From Candidatus Caldarchaeales archaeon (GTDB lineage Archaea; Thermoproteota; Nitrososphaeria_A; Caldarchaeales; Calditenuaceae): a stretch of DNA of 64,000 nucleotides. A program made the position numbers and the translations under genes. This document shows, piece after piece, positions 52,214 to 61,089 of the stretch. The stretch is from positions 7,179 through 71,178 of the forward strand of contig JBCNVM010000008.1 in the NCBI GenBank assembly GCA_039630085.1. Direction: 5' to 3'. Each line of letters begins with the position of its first letter. Position 1 is the stretch's first letter. The notes beneath the pieces are model-generated. The model searched no databases. It was not told where the DNA came from and saw nothing but the letters and a program-made list of their open reading frames with translations.

Positions 52214-53365
52214 TCAGAAGACCGGCCTGATCGGAGACTTCAACGGCTTTATCGACTTCCCGAAGAACCTGACGAAGGAACCCATGTCCTCGAGGGTGCT
52301 GGTCCCGGCGAGGACATCGACGTAGGGCATCGCGGTGAGCATCCCAACGGTCATCGGCCTGAAGTTCGGCTTGTCGGCGTGGGGGTTCAGCCACACGATC
52401 TTCCCCACCCTCACCCTCAGGCCCTCCATGCTCTCCCTCAGCACCTCCGGCTCCCCCGTGTCCCAGCCGTCGCTGACTATGATGGCGACCCAGGACCTGT
52501 CGACGAGCGTGCCGTACCGCTCGAGGAACGTCCTGAGGCAGCTGCCGATCCTAGTCCCGCTCCCCCAGAGGTCCACCCTCTCGGAGAGCCTCCTCCTGAT
52601 CTCCTCGAGGTTCGTCGTCTCCAGGAGCTCCGTGACCCGCATCAGCCTCGTGCTGAAGACGAAGACCTCGACCCTCCTCGCGAGGCGCCTGATGAGGTAC
52701 ATCGCCCTGACGATCCACTCGTTGTAGGTGTCCATGGACCCGCTGATGTCGAAGAACGCCACGACCCGCAGCCTCGAGAGTACCTTGCTCGACCTCTTCA
52801 GCTCCATCAGCTCCGCCGCGGTCCCGAGCGCAGACCTCATCGTCCTCGGGAAGTCCAGCTCCCCCTTCGCCGACCTCCTGTACCTCCTGCCCTCCAGGAC
52901 CGCGAGCCTCCTCCTCATCCTCCTTATCACGCGCTTCCCGGCCTTCACCCTCATCGGGTCGATGGGCTTCAGGACGCGCTTGTGGAGTGTCTCCATCGGG
53001 CTGTACATGAAGACGTCCACCGACTTGTCCTGCTGCTGGCCCCCGCTCTGGTCCTGAACCGCCCTGACCGCCGAAAGCCTCTGGGAGCTGCTCTCGCTCC
53101 CTTCGCCGGCCCTCTCGCCCTCCTCGCCCACCTCCTCTCCGGAGGTGGCCTGTGAGACCGCCTGCTGGAAGACCTCCTCCAAGAGGTGGAACTTCGAGGG
53201 GTCCTTGATCATCGTGACCCTGATGGCCGTCTTGAGCTCGGGGAGCCCGTAGGACCTGACGTGGTAGAGGGCCTCGCACGCGTCTAGGGACTCGGATACC
53301 CCCACCTTCAGCTGCCTCTCCCTGAGGAGGTTGGCGAGCTCCACGACGAACCTGTACGCGTCCAA
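52214..53365 (-). CDS. VWA-domain protein (CoxE-like), partner of the MoxR ATPase
   Basis: MIDAS motif VAFFDISGSMD. 383 aa. It starts 3 nt after the MoxR stop. Confidence 0.8.
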   Translation of the reverse strand: MDAYRFVVELANLLRERQLKVGVSESLDACEALYHVRSYGLPELKTAIRVTMIKDPSKFHLLEEVFQQAVSQATSGEEVGEEGERAGEGSESSSQRLSAVRAVQDQSGGQQQDKSVDVFMYSPMETLHKRVLKPIDPMRVKAGKRVIRRMRRRLAVLEGRRYRRSAKGELDFPRTMRSALGTAAELMELKRSSKVLSRLRVVAFFDISGSMDTYNEWIVRAMYLIRRLARRVEVFVFSTRLMRVTELLETTNLEEIRRRLSERVDLWGSGTRIGSCLRTFLERYGTLVDRSWVAIIVSDGWDTGEPEVLRESMEGLRVRVGKIVWLNPHADKPNFRPMTVGMLTAMPYVDVLAGTSTLEDMGSFVRFFGKSIKPLKSPIRPVF

Positions 53366-53368
53366 CCC

Positions 53369-54280
53369 TCAGCCCATTCTCGAGAGGGTCGAGAGGAGGG
53401 AGTCGACGTCCACCCGTATCAGGTCGTCTTGGGACTTGATGACGCAGATCAGGGTCGACCTCAGGACGTCCCTGTTCAGCTCCTTCGCGCCTATCCTCAT
53501 CATCGCGTTCGCCCAGTCGAGGGTCTCCGAGATCCCCGGCTTCTTCATTATGTCGGGCCTGGACCTCAGGACGTTGACGAGGTTCACAAGCTGCTCCGCG
53601 AGGCCTTCGTTGAGGCCCTTCACCTTCAGCCTCAGGATCCTCAGCTCCTTCTCCCTCGGCGGATAGGTGACGTAGTAGTAGAGGCACCTCCTCTTGAGGC
53701 CGTCGCCTATCTCACGGGTCCTGTTCGAGGTGAGTATCACTATGGGCTCGGTCTTCGCCTTCAGTGTCCCGATCTCTGGTATGGTGACCTGGTACTCCGC
53801 TAGGAACTCGAGGAGGAAACCCTCGAACTCCTCGTCGGCCCTGTCGATCTCGTCGATCAGCAGCACCGGCGGAACCGGGCCGTCGTGCATCACCGCCTTC
53901 AGCAGCGGCCTCTTCAACAGGAACCTCTCGCTGAAGATCTCGCTCTCGATCTCGTGGACGTCCTTCCGGCTCTCGAGCATCTTGATGTAGAGCAGCTGCC
54001 TCGGGTAGTCCCACTCGTAGATCGCGTCCGAGGCGTCGAGCCCCTCGTAGCACTGGAGCCTGATCAACGTGGTGCCCAGTACCTCCGCGAGGACCTTCGC
54101 GACCTCGGTCTTCCCGCACCCGGGCTCCCCCTCGATCAGCAGGGGCTTCCGCATCTGGATCGCGAGGAAGAGGGCGGTCGCGAGCTCCCTGTCTGCGACG
54201 TAAAGCCTCTCCTCGAGGGCCTTGATCAGGCCCTCGATCGTCAGGTCCTTGAGTGACGCGGGCCTGTTCTGAGCGGCCAC
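53369..54280 (-). CDS. MoxR-family AAA+ ATPase (CoxD-like)
   Basis: LLIEGEPGCGKTEVAKVLA (Walker A) and VLLIDEIDRADEEF (Walker B). I prefer the GTG start at 54280, because the track start at 54394 would run into the TATA box of the divergent gene. Confidence 0.85.
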   Translation of the reverse strand: MAAQNRPASLKDLTIEGLIKALEERLYVADRELATALFLAIQMRKPLLIEGEPGCGKTEVAKVLAEVLGTTLIRLQCYEGLDASDAIYEWDYPRQLLYIKMLESRKDVHEIESEIFSERFLLKRPLLKAVMHDGPVPPVLLIDEIDRADEEFEGFLLEFLAEYQVTIPEIGTLKAKTEPIVILTSNRTREIGDGLKRRCLYYYVTYPPREKELRILRLKVKGLNEGLAEQLVNLVNVLRSRPDIMKKPGISETLDWANAMMRIGAKELNRDVLRSTLICVIKSQDDLIRVDVDSLLSTLSRMG

Positions 54281-54423
54281 GAGCTCACCAGACTTCCGAT
54301 GCCGAGTTCCACCACTAAAAGATTTTCCCAGAGAAATCGCCCGATCGCGTCTCAGCGACTGAGGACCAGCGCGCGACCTCTCGCGGTTCAACAATTATAT
54401 CGCGGACCTCAGGAGTAGACGGG

Positions 54424-54606
54424 ATGGCCCAGATCAGGGTCAGCGACGAGACCTACGCGGAGATCGTCAGGGTCAAGGCGAGGCTCGAGGAGATCACGGG
54501 CAGGCACCTCACCTTCTGCGACACCCTGAAGTACCTCTGCGAGATGTTCCACGAGAGCTGCCGGGAGGGAAGGCCTCCGAGGGCCTACAGACTCCTCAGG
54601 CCCTGA
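54424..54606 (+). CDS. Small hypothetical protein, ribbon-helix-helix-like (60 aa)
   Basis: MAQIRVSDETYAEIVRVKARLEEITG has a beta-strand then helix pattern. A TATA-like AATTATAT lies 25-30 nt upstream. Confidence 0.4.
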   Translation: MAQIRVSDETYAEIVRVKARLEEITGRHLTFCDTLKYLCEMFHESCREGRPPRAYRLLRP

Positions 54607-54621
54607 AAGTCCTCGACCCGC

Positions 54622-55215
54622 TCACCAGCCGCCCTCACGCGTGTAGGGATAGCTCCAGAGCGCGACCGTCAGGACCACGGCCTTGAACCACGCGTTGTAC
54701 ATGCGCTCCACGTCCTCAGCGCTGCGGCCCTTCTTCGCGAGGAAGGGCTTGATCGTCGCGGTTATGGGGTATACGAACGCTATCAGGTATCTGAGGGGGA
54801 TGTGTGGGACGCTGTCGACGCCGTCCGTGACGTTCTTCTTCGTCCTGTGATGCCGCCTCCCGATCTCCAACTGGTAGTCGAGCCACGCGCCATCGAACCC
54901 CCTCTCGCAGAGGTCCAATATCCATCTCCCGAACCTCCTCCTCACGGCCTCGAGGTACTCGGGTATCGGCCTGCCGGTCCTCCTGTCGGCGAAGTAGTGG
55001 ACTAGGTGAGGGTTGGACCCGACCCATCGGTACCAGAGGTCGAGCACGTCCTCCACCTGATCCCTCAGGGCCTCGCCGGCCATCTTGAGGTACTTGACGT
55101 CCTCGTCGTCGATCATCACGGACTTCTTCAGAAGCTCGAACTCCTCCCGTGTGATGGGGAACTTCTCCAACCGAGGCGACCCGAGCTCGTATCCCGGTAT
55201 GCGTGCGCCGGTCAC
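54622..55215 (-). CDS. pgb: Protoglobin (single-domain archaeal haem globin)
   Basis: 197 aa. IPGYELG, LLKKSVMIDDEDVKYLKMAGEAL, LDLWYRWVGSNPHLVHYF, GRPIPEYLEAVRRRFG, IGRRHHRTKKN, YPITATIKPFLAKKG and ALWSYPY closely track the M. acetivorans and A. pernix protoglobins as I remember those sequences. Confidence 0.85.
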   Translation of the reverse strand: MTGARIPGYELGSPRLEKFPITREEFELLKKSVMIDDEDVKYLKMAGEALRDQVEDVLDLWYRWVGSNPHLVHYFADRRTGRPIPEYLEAVRRRFGRWILDLCERGFDGAWLDYQLEIGRRHHRTKKNVTDGVDSVPHIPLRYLIAFVYPITATIKPFLAKKGRSAEDVERMYNAWFKAVVLTVALWSYPYTREGGW

Positions 55216-55283
55216 ATCCGGCCGGGCGCGCGTCCGAGCTTAAGCCTGCGTCGACGCTGTCGACGGAGTCCACGCGAACCCCT

Positions 55284-56267
55284 CTACTTGCCCTCTCGCT
55301 GGACGTCGCTGACGTCAGGCAGGACGATGTCGGGCTCGTGGATGACGAAGCCCTGCGCTATCCTCCTGATCTTGGGGAGGAGCCTGAAGAGCTCGTTCTT
55401 AGCGAGGACCGTGTTCACCGCGTACCAGCCGGGGGTCGAGAGCCTGCTGACCGTTGGGGCCTTGAGGGCCGGGAGCGAGCTCAGCAGCTCCTCGAGGTTC
55501 TCCTCCCTGACGTTCAGGAACAAATGGACCCTCTTCCTCGACTCTATCACGCCCCTGAACATCGTGAGGATGTCCAGGATCTTCTCCCTCTTCCACGGGT
55601 CCCTCATCGCGTCCCTGTTCGCGATCAGCGCCGCCGAGCTGACCATGATCTGCTCGATGACCCTGAGGTTGTTCTGCTCCAGCGTCCTCCCGGTCTCGGT
55701 GTTGTCGACTATCGCGTCCGCCTCCTCCGGCGGCTTCGCCTCGGTCGCGCCGAAGGAGAGGTACACGCCGATCCTGTCGTTCTCGCCGGTCCTGAACCAG
55801 GGCGTCACGATGGTCGGCGAGGCGTCGCCGAAGTGCGTCCTGTAGACCGGGTTGCTCGCCACGAACCGGGACGTGAGCCTGAGGTACTCCGTCGAGATCC
55901 TCACGGGCTTTCCCTCCCTTATCCTCCTCTCGAGGAATTCCCCGAGGTCCCTGGAGTCGTCCCACGCGGGGACCGCCATTACGAGCCTCACCCTGCCGTA
56001 CTCGAGGTCCTGGAGCACCTCGACGTCCGCGCCCGTCTCCGCGACCCAGTCGAAGCCCGTTATCCCCAAGTCGTGGAACCCCTCCTGGACGTAGACCGGG
56101 ATCTCCTGAGGTCTTAGGATCTTCAGCTGTATCTCCTCGTCGCTAATCGAGGGCCTGTAGGACCTGTCGGCGCCTCGTACCTCGTAGTAGGCCTCCTGGA
56201 GGAGCCTGAGCGTCTCCTGCTCCAGCGAGCCCTTCGGTATCGCGAACCTCAGCCTCTTGGCCTGCAA
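55284..56267 (-). CDS. hisG: ATP phosphoribosyltransferase, long form (HisG with a C-terminal regulatory domain)
   Basis: LRFAIPKGSLEQETLRLL, ILRPQEIPVYVQEG, DAIVDNTETGRTL. 327 aa. No other his genes are adjacent. Confidence 0.85.
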   Translation of the reverse strand: MQAKRLRFAIPKGSLEQETLRLLQEAYYEVRGADRSYRPSISDEEIQLKILRPQEIPVYVQEGFHDLGITGFDWVAETGADVEVLQDLEYGRVRLVMAVPAWDDSRDLGEFLERRIREGKPVRISTEYLRLTSRFVASNPVYRTHFGDASPTIVTPWFRTGENDRIGVYLSFGATEAKPPEEADAIVDNTETGRTLEQNNLRVIEQIMVSSAALIANRDAMRDPWKREKILDILTMFRGVIESRKRVHLFLNVREENLEELLSSLPALKAPTVSRLSTPGWYAVNTVLAKNELFRLLPKIRRIAQGFVIHEPDIVLPDVSDVQREGK

Positions 56268-56306
56268 CCTGCCCGACGCGGACCCACCTCCTATATCTGC
56301 CTCAAC

Positions 56307-57713
56307 TCAGACGGGGAAGAGGGGCCGCTTGACGATCGAGTTCAGCCTCGCGGCGTAGGCCTCCAGGAGCGGCTCCAGGGCCCTCCAGACCGCGTCCCTG
56401 AGCTCTCCCGGTTCAACGACCTCGTCCACCACGCCGGCCCCCAGCAGCCTCTCGCCCCCGGCGAACCCGGACTTCAGCTCCGCCGCGAAGGAACCGAGTA
56501 GCTCCTCCCTCCTCTCCGGCGGCGCGGCCTCCAGCTCCCTCCTCCTGACGATCTCCGCGGCGAGCCTCGGCTCCTGGACCATCACCTCGCTCTCGGGGAG
56601 CGCGACGACGTGGTCTGCTCCGAGCCCCTTGCTGCACATCGAGACGAACCCTCCGGCGTAGGCCCTCCTCAGGAGCACGGTCACTTTGGGGACGCTGGAG
56701 GTCGAGTAGGCGTGCAGCAGCTTCGCGCCGTGCCTCGGCAGGTTCGAGTGCTCCTGGTCAGGCCCGGGCTCGAAGCCGACCGTGTCCACGAACGTGATCA
56801 CCGGGAGGTTGTTCTTGTCGCAGACCGAGACGAACCTCGCCATCTTCAGGGCCGCTCCGACGTCGATCGCGCCCATCTTCACCGAGGGCTGGTTCGCGAC
56901 CACGCCCACCGGCCTGCCCCTGACCCTCGCGAGCCCCACGACCGCGTTCTCGCAGCAACCCTCGCCGAACTCCAGGAAGCTTCCCCCGTCCACGACCGAC
57001 CTGATCAAGGCCCTGACGTCGTACCCCGCGTCGGAGTCCGGCAGTCGGTCCGGGGCCTCTCCCTCCGCGTCCCTCGCCTCGGCGATCGGCGGCATCTCGG
57101 TCGTGTTCTGGGGCAGGTACCCGAGGACCTCTCTAACGGCCGCGACCGCCCCGGCCTCGTCGGGCCTAACAAGGTCGAACGCCCCCTTCCGCCAGAGGAC
57201 CTCGACCCCTCCGAGCTCCCTCACTCCCACTGTCAGGCCCCTGAACCTCCTCGCCGATGCCGGCCCCGAGACGAAGAGGTAGCCGGCCGCCGCGTTCCCT
57301 ATCACGACGTCCGAGGAGGCCACCATGAACGCGCTTCCCCCTACGCTCGCCCCCACGACCGCCGAGACCATCGGGACCTTCGAGGAGGCCCTCGCCATCG
57401 AACTGTAGGCCCTGGCGACGCCGTTCAGCGAGAGCGCGCCCTCCTGGAGCTTTGCTCCGGCGGAGTCCGCGAGGTAGACCACCGGGACGCCTTCCTTCGC
57501 TGCCCTCTCGTAGAGCTCCGAGACCTTCTCCATTCCCTCAGCGGACAGGGAACCCGCGGAGACCTCCGGGTCGTTCGTCCACAGGGCGACCCTCCTGCCC
57601 CCGACGGACCCGAGGCCGGCGACCGCGTCCCTCCCGAACCCCGGACGGAGCTCCTCGAAGCCGGACCCGACGTCGAGCAGCGCCCCGATCCTCCTCCTGA
57701 CCGCGGACGACAT
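56307..57713 (-). CDS. Acyl-CoA carboxylase carboxyltransferase (beta) subunit / methylmalonyl-CoA decarboxylase alpha-like
   Basis: Two crotonase-like CT halves (VYLADSAGAKLQEG..., PVITFVDTVGFEPG..., VTVLLRRAYAGGF). I chose the ATG at 57713 because TTAAAT lies 27-32 nt upstream; the track start at 57755 lies upstream of that box. Confidence 0.85.
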   Translation of the reverse strand: MSSAVRRRIGALLDVGSGFEELRPGFGRDAVAGLGSVGGRRVALWTNDPEVSAGSLSAEGMEKVSELYERAAKEGVPVVYLADSAGAKLQEGALSLNGVARAYSSMARASSKVPMVSAVVGASVGGSAFMVASSDVVIGNAAAGYLFVSGPASARRFRGLTVGVRELGGVEVLWRKGAFDLVRPDEAGAVAAVREVLGYLPQNTTEMPPIAEARDAEGEAPDRLPDSDAGYDVRALIRSVVDGGSFLEFGEGCCENAVVGLARVRGRPVGVVANQPSVKMGAIDVGAALKMARFVSVCDKNNLPVITFVDTVGFEPGPDQEHSNLPRHGAKLLHAYSTSSVPKVTVLLRRAYAGGFVSMCSKGLGADHVVALPESEVMVQEPRLAAEIVRRRELEAAPPERREELLGSFAAELKSGFAGGERLLGAGVVDEVVEPGELRDAVWRALEPLLEAYAARLNSIVKRPLFPV

Positions 57714-57818
57714 CCGTCCCACGACCGGTTCGCGTCGATTTAACTGCTGGAGCAACGCGATTCGCGAGCGCCGTTCACGAATCTTTTAATACCGAAGTCG
57801 GACCTCAAGTGGCGAATT

Positions 57819-58526
57819 ATGGTCCTCGTGGTCGGCCGGCTGAAGAAGTCGTTCGGCGGCGTGAGGGCGGTCGACGGGGTCTCGCTGGAGGTGAGGGACG
57901 GAGAGATCGTGGGGATAATAGGTCCGAACGGCTCCGGGAAGACCACACTCATCAACCTGATCACGGGCTACTACGAGCCCGACGAGGGCCTGATCGAGGT
58001 CTCGGGTAAGAGGATCGACGGCATGAAGCCCTACGAGATCGCGGCACTGGGCGTCGCTCGCACGTTCCAGGTACCCCGTGTCTTCAAGCGGCTCTCGGTC
58101 TTGGACAACCTCGCCGCGGCCCTCGCCTTCAACAGGAGGGCCCGTGATGGAGCGGAGGAGAGGGCGCAGGAACTCCTGAAGGCGTTCGACCTCTGGGACA
58201 AGAGGCACGAGCCCGCGGGCAACCTCTCAGGAGGTCAGCAGCGGATCCTCGAGATCGTCCGCGCCTTGATGACGGGGCCCCGCCTCCTGCTCCTCGATGA
58301 GCCCACAGCTGGTCTGAACCCCCTCTTCATAGCGAAACTGAAGGACATCCTGCAGAACATAAAGGGCCAAGGGATGTCGACGCTGATAGTCGAGCACAAC
58401 ATGCGGGTCGTGGTGGACTTCTGCGACAGGGTCGTGGCCATGAGCGAGGGTCAGATCATCGCCGAGGGCGTTCCCGCCGAAGTCCTGATATCGCCGGCCG
58501 TGATCGACTCCTACTTGGGAAGGTGA
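57819..58526 (+). CDS. livG: ABC transporter ATP-binding protein LivG-like (second Liv-type system)
   Basis: GPNGSGKTT, LSGGQQRILEIVRAL, LLLLDEPTAGL. Confidence 0.9.
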   Translation: MVLVVGRLKKSFGGVRAVDGVSLEVRDGEIVGIIGPNGSGKTTLINLITGYYEPDEGLIEVSGKRIDGMKPYEIAALGVARTFQVPRVFKRLSVLDNLAAALAFNRRARDGAEERAQELLKAFDLWDKRHEPAGNLSGGQQRILEIVRALMTGPRLLLLDEPTAGLNPLFIAKLKDILQNIKGQGMSTLIVEHNMRVVVDFCDRVVAMSEGQIIAEGVPAEVLISPAVIDSYLGR

Positions 58527-59248
58527 GCGACCTGACTGAGCTGGCGATCAGCAACCTGACCGCAGGTTACGAGGACGTCCCCATCGTCAAGTCGGTCGAC
58601 CTTCAGGTCGAAAGGGGAAGGGTGACGCTGATCATAGGGCCCAACGGCTCCGGGAAGTCGACGCTCCTGAACGCGGTCTTCGGCCTCGCCCGGGTCTTCG
58701 AGGGACAGGTCGTCCTGAACGGCCACGATGTTACCCGTCTCGACCCCAGCGACAGAGTGAGACTCGGACTTAGGTTCGTGATGCAGAGGCGGAACATCTT
58801 CCCTCATCTCACCGTGGAGGAGAACCTCAGGATGGGCGCGTGGACCGTGAGGAAGGACAGGGCCCGGATGGCGTCCGAACTGGCCAAGGTCTACGACCTC
58901 TTCCCGATACTGAAGGAACTGCGCGCCGTGAAGGCGAACCTCCTCAGCGGCGGTCAGGCTCGAATCCTCGAGCTGGCTCGAGGCGTGATGGGCGACGCGA
59001 GGGTTCTCCTTCTGGACGAGCCCACCACGGGCCTCTCCCCCAAGCTGGCCAAGCAGATCTACGACTACGTCCTGAAGTTGCGCCAGATGGGGTACGCCAT
59101 ACTGTTGGTCGAGCAGAACGTGAAGTCCGGTCTTACTGTGGCAGACGATGTCCTCGTTATGAGAATGGGGTCCCCTATGTATTACGGGAGCGCGAGTGAA
59201 ATCTCCGTCAAAATGACAGAGATAGTCTCGAGCTGGCTCAGATACTGA
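58523..59248 (+). CDS. livF: ABC transporter ATP-binding protein LivF-like (second system)
   Basis: GPNGSGKST, LSGGQARILELARG, LLLDEPTTGL. It overlaps the livG stop by 4 nt. Confidence 0.9.
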   Translation: MSDLTELAISNLTAGYEDVPIVKSVDLQVERGRVTLIIGPNGSGKSTLLNAVFGLARVFEGQVVLNGHDVTRLDPSDRVRLGLRFVMQRRNIFPHLTVEENLRMGAWTVRKDRARMASELAKVYDLFPILKELRAVKANLLSGGQARILELARGVMGDARVLLLDEPTTGLSPKLAKQIYDYVLKLRQMGYAILLVEQNVKSGLTVADDVLVMRMGSPMYYGSASEISVKMTEIVSSWLRY

Positions 59249-60182
59249 AAATCTTTAGTCCGGACCTCTTGTACAAGAAGTAAGAGACTCCGCGCGGCTC
59301 TATCAGCGTGATGATCACTAGCAGCGAGCCGTAGAAGGCAAGGGAGACCTCCCCGAATCCAGCCGTGACGTAGAAGTAGATCAGCGCGTTCACGAGCCCA
59401 CCGATTATCGAACCTAAGACGACGCCCTGTCCTCCCAGTATCGTGGTGAGGGCTGCGGTCAGGCTCAGCGAGACCGAGTTGAAGGCGTCCACGTGGACGT
59501 ACGACAGGTAGAGGGCGTGGACGGCGCCCGCGAGCCCGGTTATGTACGCGGATAAAACCATGGCCACGGACTTCACGAAGAGCGGGGGAACTGCCAGGCT
59601 GACCGCGCCCTCCTCGTCGTCCCTGATGGCGGCCATCGAGAGGCCGAGGTAGCTGTACTTGAGGAACCCGAAGGAGATGACGGCGGAGATCAGGATCGCC
59701 AGCGACAGCACGAGCGGGACCTCCCTCTCCAGCAACATGAGCTGCTGGATGAAGAAGCCTTGGCCTCCTCCGCTCACCTCCACCCAGTTCAACAACACTA
59801 TGTACACGATGATCGAGAGCGTCAGCGTCGAGAGCATGAAGAACGGCCCGCGCAGTCGCATCGCAGGCATCAGAACCGCGACTAAACCCACTGAGAACAG
59901 CGGAGCAGCGAGGAGGGCCGGGACTATCGAGCCGAACTGCCTGAAGAGGTGCGCGAAGGCGAACCCTCCAACCCCGAAGAACATCGCGTTCCCCAGCGAG
60001 AAGAGGCCGGTGAGGCCGCCGGGGATGTTCCAGGCGACGGAGTTGATGGAGTAGAGGAAGAACAGGTACGTCGCGGTCAGGAGAAAGGGCTCGACCCGGG
60101 AGAGCGGCAGGACCAGCAGGGTCCATCCGACCAGCACCGATGCGATTACCAGAAGGTAACGGACTGGCGGCCTCGGCCTCAT
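59238..60182 (-). CDS. livM: Branched-chain amino acid ABC permease LivM-like (second system)
   Basis: ATG at 60180-60182 overlaps the livH stop (ATGA). 314 aa, hydrophobic. The track ORF extends to 60461 as His/Arg-rich out-of-frame sequence. Confidence 0.8.
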   Translation of the reverse strand: MRPRPPVRYLLVIASVLVGWTLLVLPLSRVEPFLLTATYLFFLYSINSVAWNIPGGLTGLFSLGNAMFFGVGGFAFAHLFRQFGSIVPALLAAPLFSVGLVAVLMPAMRLRGPFFMLSTLTLSIIVYIVLLNWVEVSGGGQGFFIQQLMLLEREVPLVLSLAILISAVISFGFLKYSYLGLSMAAIRDDEEGAVSLAVPPLFVKSVAMVLSAYITGLAGAVHALYLSYVHVDAFNSVSLSLTAALTTILGGQGVVLGSIIGGLVNALIYFYVTAGFGEVSLAFYGSLLVIITLIEPRGVSYFLYKRSGLKIFSI

Positions 60183-61072
60183 ATCCTCACCCTCTCCCCT
60201 AAAATGCCCGTGGGCCTGAACAGAAGCACCACCATCATGAACGCCAGGGCTATTGCGATCGCGTAGGCGGGCCCGACGGTCAGGATGCTCAGCGTGTGGA
60301 GCCCGGAGTATATGACCGCGCCTATCAGAGCCCCGATGAAGTTCCCCATTCCTCCGATGATCGTGATGACGATCGAGATCGTTATGAACTCGATGCCCAT
60401 GGCCGGATGGATGGCGAGGGCGGCTGGCATGAGCGAGCCCGCAGTGGCCGATAAGCCGCACACGATACCGAAGACCACCGAGAAGACCCTAGAGACTCTT
60501 ATCCCGCAGGTCCTCGCGGCGTCTGCGTCCTGCGAGACGGCCCTTATCGCGCGCCCCATGTCGGTCTTGCTCAGCAGGAACCACAGGAGCGCTGTGATGA
60601 CCATGGCGTAGACGAAGATGAACAGCCTCGAGACCTGCAGCCTCACACCGAGTACCTCAACGGCACTCGTGACGTACGGCGTGGCGACGGCCCTGATGTT
60701 CCCAGTCCATATCAGGTACACCAAGCCCGTGATGGCTAGGAGGAGCCCGAAGAAGAGGAGCAGGGTGAACTCCATGACCTGTCCGCCACGGTATCCCCTC
60801 AGGGCCCTCCTCGCTATGCCCGACTGGACGAAGTACCCGTACGCGAAGAACAGAGGGAAAGCGACTAGGGGCGAGACCAGCGGGTCGACGCCGGAGTGGG
60901 AGTACAGCGCGTACGCCAGGTAGGCCCCGAGAGTTATGAGGGCGCCCTGCGACACGTCGACGATCTTCATCACGCCGTAGATCAGCGTCAGCCCGTAGGC
61001 CGCCAGCGCGTAGAGGCCTGCCAGAAGGAGGGAGCTGAGGAAGTTCGTCAGGGCGATCTCAAAAAGACTCAT
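60179..61072 (-). CDS. livH: Branched-chain amino acid ABC permease LivH-like (second system)
   Basis: 297 aa, polytopic. GALITLGAYLAY and IIGGMGNFIGALIGA are typical. Confidence 0.85.
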   Translation of the reverse strand: MSLFEIALTNFLSSLLLAGLYALAAYGLTLIYGVMKIVDVSQGALITLGAYLAYALYSHSGVDPLVSPLVAFPLFFAYGYFVQSGIARRALRGYRGGQVMEFTLLLFFGLLLAITGLVYLIWTGNIRAVATPYVTSAVEVLGVRLQVSRLFIFVYAMVITALLWFLLSKTDMGRAIRAVSQDADAARTCGIRVSRVFSVVFGIVCGLSATAGSLMPAALAIHPAMGIEFITISIVITIIGGMGNFIGALIGAVIYSGLHTLSILTVGPAYAIAIALAFMMVVLLFRPTGILGERVRI

Positions 61073-61089
61073 GGGTGGGTTACCTCAGG

